This document shows, in pieces, positions 13,122 through 25,780 of a stretch of 64,000 nucleotides of DNA (positions are counted from its first letter, which is position 1; each line of letters opens with the position of its first letter). The notes beneath the pieces are model-generated. The model had not been told where the DNA came from. It saw only the letters and a program-made list of their open reading frames with translations, and made no database searches. The stretch lies in NCBI RefSeq assembly GCF_963506605.1, contig NC_083281.1:13206001-13270000 (forward strand), read 5' to 3'. The DNA is from Zootoca vivipara (taxonomy: Eukaryota). Position numbers and translations under genes: made by a program.

Positions 13122-14623
13122 TATTACTTATACCCCACCCATTTGGTCAGGCCTCCCCAGCCACTCTGGGCAGCTTCCCACAGGCTATTAAAAACACAAT
13201 AAAACATCAAACCTTAAAAACTTCCCTAAACAGGGCTGCCTTCAGGAGTTGGGCTAGATGGCCTCGTGGTCCCTGCCAGCTCTACAACTCCATGAATCTA
13301 AATTGGCCTCTGCTCCATGGAGACGCGTGTTCGAGAGAGATGGACCATGTCCCCTTGCTAATTTACAGCGCCCTTTGAAGAGCGTAAGAAGAGCCTACAG
13401 GATTAAGCCCCTGGCCCAGCTAGTCCCGCCTCTTGCTCTCACAGTGGCCAACCAGATACCTCACTGGGAACCCAGCAACCAGGAGGGCTGCCTCAGACTC
13501 CTGCGGGAGTGAGTTCCGTAGTTTAACTATGCAGCGCATGAAGAAGGACTTTCTTTTATCTGTCCTGAAGATGTGAAGGAAGTGATGCTCCTCAGTGTTG
13601 TTTTTTCCCGGGGAGGGGGGAAGAGAGGGATGATGCAGGGGGACACATACCCCTAACCATTTTGTGAATCTTTGTACTTTTGTCCATTAACTGTATTTAT
13701 GTTTCCCGATTTGAACTATAAAAATGGTGATTGTTTTGAGTCAAAATGAGAGTGTTTTTTTTTTTAGAAAAAAAGCATTGCTCCCTCTAGTTCGGATTAA
13801 GTCTTACTTCTAGTCCAGATCGAGTGCAGAGAGGGCTCAGCACCGACCCAGCACTGCCCTCTTGTGGCTTGTTCCATAAACGCCGTTCCGGAGCTAGGCA
13901 TCCCATCCCTCCTGTCTTTGCCCGCCCTGCCCCTCTCTCTGGCTGCCCTTCTGTTATTACTCCTCCATTCCTCTACTCCCGAGGAGCTCTGGAAGAAACA
14001 GGTGCCCCTCTTGCTCCTGGAAGAGGCTCTGAGCCTTTAACAGGTCCATAGCACTGCCCTATGAAAGCGTCATTCAGAAAGCGTCATTCAGAATTGCCGT
14101 TTGCACGACCCACGAAAGAAGACCACCGCAATAATACTGTACTCGAAACAGTAACAAACTGATTTATTCAAAGTCCAGTTGAATCTATTTACTTTAATTC
14201 CACCAAACGAATGGTCTTGATCTGGTGGTGCCATCTTTGCAAAGTCTGAGAGGCTGGGCAGAGAGGGCTCCGTTTTTGTTTTTAAATAGCTTTTATTTTT
14301 TTATCTATGTCCTTTTAAATTGTGATTGATATGAATGTGTATTCTGTTTTAGATTTTATGATCTATGTGGAAATTGTTTTCCATTTGGCTGTGTACTTTT
14401 TGATGTGTTTTGTTTATTGTTTATGACTTTTTATGTTGGTAATCGTGTAAATCTTGTCATGTTGTAAACCGCCTTGAGCATTGTTTTAACTATGAAAAGG
14501 CGGCATACACATAAAATGATGAATCAATGAATGTACACCTCCAGCTCCCCCTTTGCCCCCCCCATGCCTCTTAGCATCTCCCCAGGGAATCCCACCGCCC
14601 CCAAGAGAACCACTCCTATAGTA

Positions 14624-15005
14624 CAGGGGTGACCAACTCCCAAGAGACTGTGATCTACTCACAGAGTTAAAAACTGGCAGTGATCTACCCCCTTTTGGGG
14701 GGTTCAGGTCAAAGTTGTTGAGGTTTTTTTTTACGAAGGAAAGCCCTTTTTTGGGGGGGGTTCATGTAAAAGTTGTTGAGCTTCTTTAGTTAGGAAGGAA
14801 GCGATAATGAGCTTTTTTTTAGGAAGAAAAGCCGTTTTTGGTGGTTCAGGTCATTTTAGGGGTGCAGGGCAAAGTTGTTGATGTTTTTTTGGGGGAGCCA
14901 AAGTTTTTTAGCTTCGGGGGGGGGGAGCCACTGATCTACCGGTGATCTACCACAGACATCCAGTGATCTAGCGGTAGATCACGATCTAACTGTTGGACAT
15001 GCCTG
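14624..15005. mobile_element. Non-autonomous hAT element with internal tandem repeats
   Basis: CAGG...CCTG ends, 8-bp TSD ctatagta, repeated aaagttgttga units and gatctac motifs. Confidence 0.85.
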
Positions 15006-16967
15006 CTATAGTACATTCATCTTTCAGGTGCCCCAAGGACGGAGCGGGATGGATCAGCAGGGGCACTGGAAAAGGGGTCAGAAAAGTTGGGCAGCCAGGT
15101 GTATGAAGGCGCCTTCCTTTCCCTTTTTTCCCAGGTCCTGCCTCTATCCTCTATGCCCGCCCCCAAACCAGCGGGCGATTAAGGCAGGATGAGTCGGCCT
15201 CTCCACAGGAATCTAGGGCAACGGGGCAGGACCCATGGGGTGGGGGCAGATGCCAAGGGAACATGAGTCAGGCCAGCAGAGTCGACATCATTTCCTCCCT
15301 CCGCTTCCTGCCCAGCCCCAGACTTCAAAACACCTGCCCCAACATACGGCTCCTTGCCGTTCAATGCTGAAGTCTCCACCTGCCAGAGCATCACCCCCAC
15401 CTTGAAAGGACGGGGAGACTCATATTCGCAGACAGCCCTGTTCAGGGAAGCTTTTCAAAATTTGATGGATTATTGTATTTAATATTTTGTTGGAAGCTGC
15501 CCAGAGTAGAGTGGCTGGGGAAACCCAGCCAGATGGGTGGGGTATAAATAATAAATTATTTTATTAATTTTTATTATTTATATTACTTCCCCTTGAGAAG
15601 TGGACATTCCACGCCCGCCCCCCACACGCCAGCGTTCACCTGACTCTGTGCTAAAGCCCCTTGCTCAGCACAGCAGTTATGGGGCACCCTCTCCACACAC
15701 CCCCACGTCCTCTTTCAGTCCACAGAATTGGGACCTGACCCTGGAAGGGCAGAGTGGCTTCCTCGTTCCCTGGTCTCCGATCTCACAGCGGGGATTCGAG
15801 GGTGAGACCACCTTCAGCTGTAGCCCCACCTATTGGGAGAGCCCCCCCCCCCCGAGGCGCAGAGGATAAGTGCATAGTTAGAAAGCAAAGTGGGATGGAA
15901 AGAGACTTTCCCTCTTTTATTTGCACACCGCAGGATTCCCTCCCTGGGGGAACCCACCAAACCCCTTTGGAGAACTTCAGAAACTCCCTTATCCCCTGGC
16001 TTTTGATGACCGATGTCATGGTTCTTAATTGCTGTTGTATTATTTCCAGCTTTTGAAGGAGGAGCTCTCATGGAGAACACTAGCAATGGTTACATGGCCA
16101 AGCTCTGCCTCCACGGCCAGGGGCAGCAATGCTTCTGAATCCCAGTCGCTAGAGTCAGGAGGGGAGAGTTGCTCTTGCGTTCGAATCCTGCTTGGTTTCA
16201 CATCATGGGACTCTGGTCAGCCATTGTGAAAACAGGATGCTGGACAAGGTGGACCACTGACCTGATCCCACAGGCTGTTCTTATTATTATAATTATAATC
16301 TTATTATTTATACCCCTACCCATCTGGCTGGGTTTCCCCAGCTACTCTGGGTGGTTCCCAACAGAAGAATAAAATCAGAATAAAACTACAAACATTAAAA
16401 ACTTCTCTAAACAGGGCTGCCTTCAGGCCTAAAGACAGTCTATCACGATTCTTAGGAGTATTGAACTGCTGTGAGAACAGGATGCAAAACTGATCCAGCA
16501 AGCTGTTTCTTCTTATGAAAGCTACTGGGGAGGGGAGAGAATGCAATTTTGAATGCAGGATAGGAATGATTGAAGAAAGAGGGTGGCGTAACGGTCAGTG
16601 CCAGACTAGTAGAACCTGGGAGACAAGGGTTTGAATCCCACGGCTATGAAGCTCACTGGGTGTCCTTGGGCCAGGTGCTGTGTCTCAGTCAAACCTACCT
16701 CACAGGACTGTCCTGGGGGTAAAATGAGGAGGGGGAAAGTCCCGTGGAGAAAAAAGTGGGATAGAAACGCAACAGGCACAGTGTGATGCATGCCCGCAGA
16801 TACAAAGCAACAGTGTTCTGTGTTGCCTACAAATGGGCCAGGCGTGTGCCCAGCCTTTGAGGGTCCCCTTCCCAAAAACCGCTCAGGGCTCTTTTGGAAA
16901 AAGACATTTAGAATGATGGGAGGAGCAGCTAAAGTTCTCTTTAACGACTTTTGCTATGCCATAAATC

Positions 16968-17104
16968 AGGCGTCCCCAAACTGCAGCCCTCCAGATGTTT
17001 TGGCCTACAACTCCCACGATCCCTAGCTAACAGGACCAGTGGTCAGGGATGATGGGAATTGTAGTCCAAAACATCTGGAGGGAGCCAAAGTTTGGGGATG
17101 CCTG
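16968..17104. mobile_element. Palindromic hAT MITE (~135 bp)
   Basis: Long TIRs, TSD ccataaat. Family members near 22832-22968, 28769-28904 (TSD atcttagg), 33594-33729 (ctctagtg), 35820-35947, 39186-39320 (gcctgatc), 61269-61410 and 61441-61576 (ctttagct). Confidence 0.9.
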
Positions 17105-17449
17105 CCATAAATCATTGCCCATCACACAATACAAAGACACTCCTGGGCTCAGGTGAGGCAAACTGATGGAGGAGCCTCACCCCCCCCAATGCCAATTAAC
17201 AGAGCCTCCACATACAGGGGCGATATACCTGCAGGTGCCAGGTGTTGTAGGCAAATGAACCCCCCCCTGCTGTCTTTGTAGCCTTGGTTGAGTGGGGGCT
17301 TCCTGGCGGCAGCTGGCTGGCAACTGTGCAAAAGACGTACTGGGGGAGGGGTTGGCACTGAGCTTGGTCTGAGTGAGCATTTCATGGAAGGGCCTGGAGG
17401 AGACAAATGCTATGGGATCCCAGCAGAAAAACCTGTTGCAGCCCAAGAC

Positions 17450-17945
17450 CCACCCAGTTCTGGACACCACAACTTAAGACAGATATTGACGAGCCAGAAG
17501 GTGGTCAGAAGAGGGTGACCAAGATGATCGAGGGTTTGGAAACCAGGCCAGATGAGGAACGGTTGAGGGAGTTAATCATAAGAGTTGGAAGGGACCAAAA
17601 GGGCCATCTCAGCCTGGAGAAGAGAAGACTGAAGCGTTCACCTGACAGCCATCTTCAAATATCCAAAGGGCTGCCCCATGGAAGACAGAACAAGCTTGTT
17701 TTCTGCTGCCCCAGAGGGCGGTACCGGAACCCATGGCTTCAAATTGCAAGAAAGGAGCTTCCAGTTGAACATTAGGAAGAACTTTCTGGAGGTATGAGCT
17801 GTTGGGCAGTAGAAGGGCCTCCCTTGGAAGGCGCTGGCCTTTCCTCCATTGGAGTTTTTAAAGCAGAGGTTGGATGACCATTGGTCAGGGATTCCAGGGG
17901 GTTAGACTGGATGACCCTCGGGGGTCCCTTCCTACTAGGGTTCTA
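17450..17945 (+). mobile_element. Old CR1 LINE 3' end
   Basis: KRVTKMIEGLE...SLEKRRL peptide and CR1 3' UTR remnant. Confidence 0.8.
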
Positions 17946-18499
17946 CCTTTTCAGGTCCCTCAAGTGAAATGCACACACACACACACAGAGAGAGAGAAAG
18001 ATAAATTTGGTCATTTAAAAAGTGATATGACACATAAACAGTACATGGGATTGCCATGTTTTGAGTCCTCGGCACTCAGACAATAAATTACCCTCCCAGA
18101 CTCACAACCGTTTGCCGCTGAAGGCAGCTCTCAATACACCAAACATTTGTGTGTGAGCGCACATATGCAAGGATGCAGGTGCAAGGCAGCTCCGGGTCCT
18201 GCCTTTCTTGCCCTTGCCACCCAGAGGAGTCAGCCGAGGGGTGGAGGAGGAAATGGAATGACTGCATTCTGGAGAAGGCGGGGCGAGCTCAGCAAACAGG
18301 CCCTTCAGGACGACCGAGACTCAGGTGCTTCTCCTTTGCAAACAAGTCAGTCAACACCTCAGTCAAAATCTGACCCATTGGGGTTTTTTTGGGGGGGAGA
18401 AGCCCCCCACAAATGGAAAATCCCATCCCCCTGCCCCTGGGAAGCAGGAGAGCCATTCCTGCCTTTAAAAGCCGTTGCAGAACCTTGTTGTATCAGATA

Positions 18500-18732
18500 C
18501 AGTGGTACCTCGGTTTATGAACGTAATCTGTTCCGGAAGTCCGTTCTTAAACCGAAACTGTTTTTAAACCAAGGCCCTAATGAGGCCTCCCACCTCCGGT
18601 GCCCTTCCACCATTCAGCTTCCGATCGTAGACCGAGGTAAAGTTCGCAAACCAGGACACTACTTCCGGTTTTGCGGAGTTCGTAAACCAACTCGTTCGTA
18701 AACAGGACTGTTCTTAAACCAAGGTACCACTG
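18500..18732. mobile_element. Tc1/mariner-type MITE
   Basis: TA|CAGTGGTACCTCGGTTTA...TAAACCAAGGTACCACTG TIRs. Relatives at about 20871-21120, 26486-27140 and 42154-43593. Confidence 0.8.
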
Positions 18733-19107
18733 CAATCTGTTTGAGCCTCTCGGAGGTGCCCAGATTCTCACGGAAAGCCGGACTCTGACCTCCAGGCATG
18801 TCAGGGGGGCCGCAGAGCCCGTTCCTTTGTGCGATTATCTCATACAGGAAGTTGAGGGAACAGCTTCTCAGAAGATGTAAACGGGGCCATTTTGCATCTT
18901 CATGCAAGGCTCTGGCTTTTTTGATGCAGTCGGTCTACCTGGAGGAAAACTCTCGAGCTGAATACAGCCTGATGCTAACTGCAATGCCCCCATTTCCCTA
19001 TGTTGCCCACTTGCGACCCACCCACCAGAGGTGCCCCCACCCCAAGGTGAAACTCGGCTCCTACAGGAACATCCACTCTCCCCCCCCACCTCTCCCCACT
19101 GCCCCGG

Positions 19108-19839
19108 TCACAGCTCCTGTGCCTCCACCAGCATGTCCATGAGATAATCGAGGTCCGCCAAGCCTGGCCGCTCGTCCTCCGAGCTGGGAAAGGCCTCCTT
19201 GAAGCTGGGGAGGCTGGTGGGCGACCACAGCTCACAGTCGTACATGGTGGTGTCAATGTCTTCAAAGATGCCCTCCAGGCCGTCCTCCAGCAGGTAGGTG
19301 CTGGGGCCCAGGGTGTCCAGCAGCGGGGTGGAGGAGCACGGCTGCGACGTCCGTTCCGGCTCCGAGCAGAGCAGGCCTCCCTCGGGCTGGGCGGTGGGCG
19401 GGTGCACGGCATCCCCAAACCCTTCCAGGCCACTGAGGTCCTCCAGGATGGTGGAGAAGACCGAGAGGTCCATGCTGGAGAGGAGCAGCTCGTCCACGTG
19501 GGGGGCGAGAGAAGGCGGTGGCGGAGGCAGCCTCCTGCCAGGGTCCTGGAGGGCACAGGGCAGGGCGCCCCCAGGGCTCTCCCTGCAGACGGAGCTGCCA
19601 GCGGCGGCTGCAGGAGGGTCTGGCTGCTGGAAGAGGGCCCCCGCGGCCGGCTGCATCTCGTCCTGGATGCGCCGCAGGGTGTTTGCCACAAGCACCAGGT
19701 GCCGCAGGTTGGGCTCGCTGTGCTGGAGGCTCTGGTGCAGCTTGGAGACAGAGAGGCTGAAGAGGGAGCTGGTGGGGCCCGCAGACGGGGCGGCCTCGTC
19801 CCCCTCGATCCGCTTCCGCTTCGTGCCCTTGGCCAGCAT
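19108..19839 (-). CDS. SERTAD1: SERTA domain-containing protein 1 (TRIP-Br1), single coding exon, 243 aa
   Basis: MLAKGTKRKR...SSLFSLSVSKLHQSLQHSEPNLRHLVLVANTLRRIQ (SERTA domain) and acidic C-terminus LEGIFEDIDTTMYD...LDYLMDMLV. A polypyrimidine/CAG acceptor lies 4 nt upstream of the ATG (exon starts 19843). Synteny agrees. Confidence 0.93.
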   Translation of the reverse strand: MLAKGTKRKRIEGDEAAPSAGPTSSLFSLSVSKLHQSLQHSEPNLRHLVLVANTLRRIQDEMQPAAGALFQQPDPPAAAAGSSVCRESPGGALPCALQDPGRRLPPPPPSLAPHVDELLLSSMDLSVFSTILEDLSGLEGFGDAVHPPTAQPEGGLLCSEPERTSQPCSSTPLLDTLGPSTYLLEDGLEGIFEDIDTTMYDCELWSPTSLPSFKEAFPSSEDERPGLADLDYLMDMLVEAQEL

Positions 19840-21349
19840 CTTTCTGGAGAAGGGAAGAGAAGAGGGGAAGGGGGTCAGGAGGACTCTGTAGGGGAATATG
19901 CAAGGCCCAAGGCAGCAGATGGCACAGTCTCCCCAGCGTGGCAGCAGGAGTAGCAGCCCCTCCCCTTGAAACCCTGCCCACCTGGGCAGGGAGGCCCTGC
20001 CCCTTCCAGTGCAAAGCCTCCCCCCCCCCCAAACACACACACCAGGCAAAAACTGGAGCAGGAGGAGCCTCACCAGCTCACCTGCCCCATTGGTTTCATA
20101 AACCCACCCCCAGTGCCCCCTACCCTGTCAGAAGCAAGATCCAGAAGAGAGGTCTGCACCAAGGAAGATAATAAATAGCACAACAAAAGTCAAAGCAGTA
20201 ACAATCAATCGCACGTCCATTCAGAAACCGCCTGAAACTTATTTAGCATCAGTCTTTCTCAAGTTTGGGTCCCCAGCTGTTGCTGGATTTTCAACTCCCA
20301 TCATTCCTATCAGGATCCAAGGTCAGGGATGATGGGAATTGTAGCCGAACAACGGCTTGAGAAAGGCGGGTAAAATGGATTCAGCAAAACTGGTGAACGG
20401 GGTCCAGCGATGCCAGAGTCTGTTACCCCTCCAGTGCCCCCTGCCACCCTCTTGCCTCTTAACTCCCCTCCCCCCCTGGTAAATCCCACCCCACCCCCAG
20501 GGGCCACTTTGAGAGCCTTGATCTAGATCAGCCTTTGCTAGCCAGCTGCCTTCCTGATGCTCTGGACTACAACTCCCATCAGCCCCCACCAGCCCAGCAG
20601 CATGACAGAGCGGCTGATGGATAGGAAAAAGTATCTGGGGGATCCCAGGACTCTGGGGAGAGTCCTGTATACCCGATATTCCAGCTGTATTCCATATTAC
20701 TGCATTTTTTACAGGGCTGGTTTGAAAACGTCATTTATTGTTTAAGTATCTGTACCGATCTATAATTTTTTTTAAAAAAAATGTCTGTGTGAGATGCTTC
20801 AAGAGGCCTGAAAAGCGGGGATTAAATTAGGAAATGAAATAATTAAACACACACACAAGCTGTGAGGCTACAGTGGTACCTCGGTTTACAAACACAATTG
20901 GTTCCGGAAGTCTGTACATAACCTGAAGCGTACTTAACCTGAAGCGAACTTTCCCATTGAAAGTAATGGAAAGTGGATTAATCTGTTCCAGACAGGTTCG
21001 CGGAGTACTGTGGTAAGAATTTTAGCAGATTTTTGCTTATTACAGTATTTTGCTTATTTTTGCTTATTACAGAACTGAAAATACTCAAACCAAGGCATAC
21101 TTAAACCGAGGTATGACTGTATTTGGAAGCTGGTTGTTGATTTTTAACCCCCCCCCCAAACAACAACAACAACGCAACACTATTTTTGGTTTTGGTGTGA
21201 AAATATCCAAGGCTCTGATCCAAGAAGTGCCCCCCCCCGCCCTCGCAGTTTATGGGGTGGATCCGATGCGAACCCTACTCAGAGGAGACCCACTGACGTT
21301 TAAAGAACACGGCCAAGTGAGGTCCGTTAATGTCAATGGGGCTACTCTG

Positions 21350-22420
21350 GAGTAAAGCCTACATACGGCGCCCATTAAGAAGAAAGGTATCTGAGTGAAG
21401 CTGTGAGCCGGGAAGGATCTCCACTTTGGACCCATCTCTCCGCCAGCTTGCAAGGAGGGTCGGATCCTTCCCCGCAGTTGAGGTGAGGGCGGGGTTGCCG
21501 GGGGGATCCACCTCCCGCCGCCAGGATGGGTGGGGTTCGCGGCGCCCAGGCCCCACCCGCGCAGGGTTTCCGTTCTGGATCCGGCCGCTCTGTACGCAGC
21601 GCTCCGCCCAGCTGGGCTCCGGGATCCAACTGCCCTGGAAGAGGGCAAGATCCGGAGGCCCCCCCCCCGCCTCAGGAGATCCCTCCTCCCAAGTAACCGC
21701 CCTCCCCCAAACTCTCTGGGACGGGATCGGCCAAGTCTCGACTGGCCCGGATCCCCGGCTCCCGTCTCGCATCTGCCCCGCGGTCGCATTTTGGGAAGCC
21801 CCCGCGCCCGCGGGTGTCCGTCCGGGCGGGGGCGCGCAGCTTCCTCCCAGTCGCGGGAGCGGAGAGTGACTCATGCGGAGGCGGCGGAGGCAGCTTGGAG
21901 ACAGAGTCCCCGGCCGGCCAGGCAGCTCAGTCCCGGAAGCCGCCGCCCCCGGGATCCAGCCAGGATCCTACGGAGCGGCGGCCCCGCGAGGGACCCCCGA
22001 GACCCCTCGATTTACATACCCGGCTCTTCAGGGGCCAATCAGCGGGGTCTGGAACGCGGAGCACAGCCAATCAGGCGCCGGCATACTTCCTCTCCGCGCT
22101 CCGGGCTGGAATCCCGCCGTCGCTGCCGGGAGTGAAGGAGACATTCGCCCTGCGGGGGCGGGGGGAAGGCGCCGGCGCTGGCCAATGGTAAGGCACGCAA
22201 GGCGCCTCATCTGCATACAAGGGGGCGGCGCCGGTCACGACTCATCGTTGCGGGGAAGGGGGCGTGGCGGGTTGGAACAAACAAGCCACAGGCCCCTCCC
22301 CTCCCCGCGCTGATTGGCTGCGGCGCGGAGGAGCCGGCCGTAGTCGCTCCGGATGCGAGACGTTCAGACGAGCGCGGAGAGGAAGGGGCGGGAAGAGGCT
22401 TTTGAAACGGAAACCGAAAT
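21350..22420. promoter_or_regulatory. CpG island promoter of SERTAD1 with multiple CCAAT boxes and E2F/CHR-like motifs
   Basis: CpG-dense. CCAAT at 22035 and 22067 (32 bp apart) and at 22182; ATTGG near 22313; GGCGGGAA 22387-22394; TTTGAA 22401-22406; TGACTCA near 21867. Exact exon 1 boundaries are not resolved. Confidence 0.7.
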
Positions 22421-23539
22421 GTCTCCTCACTTTTTGCTTAAAATATAAAGCTATAAAATTATCACTTTGTAGACCCATATGAAGGATTTTGTTTTACAGT
22501 CAAGCCGTGAATAAATTTTATCAACTACTGTAAATGAAAATTTCCAGTTTAAAAATAGCGCCCCCCCTTTTCCCCGGCGGGAGCTGTGGCTGTAAGGAAA
22601 GCTCTGAAAATGGTCCGCTACTAACGAGCCGGAGAACCCCACAAAATCATGCAAGTCAAGGGGGTCCAACCTTCAGAACACACGTGAGACGGCCCAGGCT
22701 ACCAAGGGCATGCACAACCGGAAAGCTACCAAGCACTTGAAGGATGTGACCCTAAAAAAACAGTGTGTTCCCTTCCGTTGTTACAATGGTGGCGTTGGCA
22801 GATGTGCCCAGGCCAAGCCGTGGAGCTGGGCCAGGCACCCCCAAACTCGGCCCTCCAGATGTTTTGGGACTACAACTCCCATCATCCCTTGCTAACAGGA
22901 CCAGTGGTCAGGGATGATGGGAATTGTAGTCCCAAAACATCTGGAGGGCCGAGTTTGGGGGTGCCAGGGCTGGGCACAGGGGTGTGGGGGAAAAAAAGAG
23001 TGCTGAGTTCCTCCTGCACATGCTTAAAATGCTGAGAGCAATGCTGAACTCAAGGGTCTAGGTGTGGACTCTGGTTATTGAGCACATTCAAGTTAACAAA
23101 GCTCGCAAAATGCACAGGCGAACCTACAGGGCTCATGGTCACATTAACCCAGGGGTCAGCACCCTTTTTCAGCCGCGGGCCGCTCCACCAACCCTCAGAC
23201 CTTGTGGGGTAGGGGGTAGACTATATTTGGGGGGGGGGAATGAACGAATTCCTATGCCCCCACAAATGCATTTTAAATAAAAGCACTCATGTAAAAACAC
23301 CAGGCAGGCCCCACAAATAACCCAGAGATGCACACATATCAGCATATGCAAACATCTCCCAACTATGCCATAAACTCACACATTTCCCCTCTCCACCTCC
23401 CCTCCGCCCAGAACAAAACAATGTTTCCAGAAGAAGGGGGGGGGAAAGCCGCCCAAAATCCAAAGCGACACTTTTCTACTCAAGTTAATAATACAGCCTA
23501 TTATATGTTCTCTTACCATTAAATCTCTATCCGCTGCCT

Positions 23540-24363
<824 letters not shown>

Positions 24364-25166
24364 TAATAATAACAACAACAACAACAACAACAATAATAGT
24401 GCCCCCAAACCAAGAATGAATTGGAACGCAAAGCAAAGTGAGGAGTTATGGAAAGAAGCGCCAACTGTGCCCTGAAACCCCTTAAAAGCTCTAAACTGCA
24501 ACTAAAAGCAACTCTTAACACGCTTGGAAGAAACTCTGCACATGCCTCGAGGCATCCCTAAAGGAAGCCCAGACTGTGGAGCAGGGGCAATACGCCACAC
24601 CAAGAGCACCTCTTGTCCTTGAAGAAATCTGACCTTTTCTTTCAGGGGCAGGGAGCCCCCGAGGTCCTCCAGACGGCCCTGCAGCTGCACTCCACCTCCC
24701 ATCAGCTCCTTAGGACCTACTGAAGATTGAGCAACCCCAAAGGGTTTGGTTATGACCTTTTTGTGTGTTTGAAAGAGCTCCAGGTGATACAAGCAGCCCA
24801 CTTCCTTTTTAGTCCAAGGGGCCAGACTAGATGACCCTTGGGGGACCCCTTCCAACTCTACAATTCTGTGGCTGGGGCCAAGACCTGCCATGGGGTTTTC
24901 CAGCTGAGAAGGGGTGCTGCAGACCGAGCTCCCACCTCCCAAGCTTTCTAGCGTTGTACCCCCCACCCCCACCCTATTCCATCATTTGTAGGAAAGAAGT
25001 AGCAGCCAGCTAAGGGGAAGGGGTATCCCTGCCTGCTGAAAAGGAGCCCCCTCCAAAAGCCAAAAAAAATGTGGGGGGGAGCTTTTGTCACAGGGCTTTA
25101 TAAAAACCCACAGGCAGAGTTCCTGGCATGATTAATGTCCATGTCACATTCTGCTAAACAAAAGTA

Positions 25167-25735
25167 AAGCGGACTGTATTGCCAGAGTGGTGCACGCTCT
25201 AGTTATCTCCCGCTTGGACTACTGCAATGCACTCTACGTGGGACTACCTTTGAAGGTGACCTGGAAACTGCAACTTATCCAGAATGCGGCAGTTAGACTG
25301 GTGACGGGGAGCAGCCGCCGAGACTACATAACACCGGTCTTGAAAGACCTACATTGGCTCCCAGTACGTTTCCGAGCACAATTCAAAGTGTTGGTGCTGA
25401 CCTTTAAAGCCCTAAACGGCCTCGGCCCAGTATACCTGACGGAGCGTCTCCACCCCCACTGTTCTGCCCGGACACTGAGGTCCAGCTCCAAGGGCTTTCT
25501 GGCAGTTCCCTTGTTGCAAGAAGCCAAGTTACAGGGAACCAGGCTGAGGGCCTTCTCGGTAGTGGCACCCGCCCTGTGAAACGCCCTCTCACCAGATGTC
25601 AAAGAGAAAACCAACTACCTGACATTTAGAAAACATCTGAAGGCAGCCCTGTTTAGGGAAGTTTTTAATGTGTGACATTTTAATGTATTTTAATCTTTGT
25701 TGGAAGCCGCCCAGAGTGGCTGGGTACAAATAAGA

Positions 25736-25780
<45 letters not shown>
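25167..25780 (+). mobile_element. L2-clade LINE 3' end with (ATT)n microsatellite tail
   Basis: [20 protein letters not shown]...LHWLPV peptide; (ATT)n at about 25736-25780. Confidence 0.88.

Noticed and set aside
14690-14920. CRISPR-like repeat-spacer pattern
   Set aside because: Degenerate internal tandem repeats of a hAT element in a vertebrate genome, with no unique spacers or cas genes.
19840-20073. N-terminal extensions of the SERTAD1 ORF (and 38719-38772 for SERTAD3) in the ORF track
   Set aside because: They run through polypyrimidine tracts and AG acceptors, so they are intronic. The true starts are 19839 and 38718.
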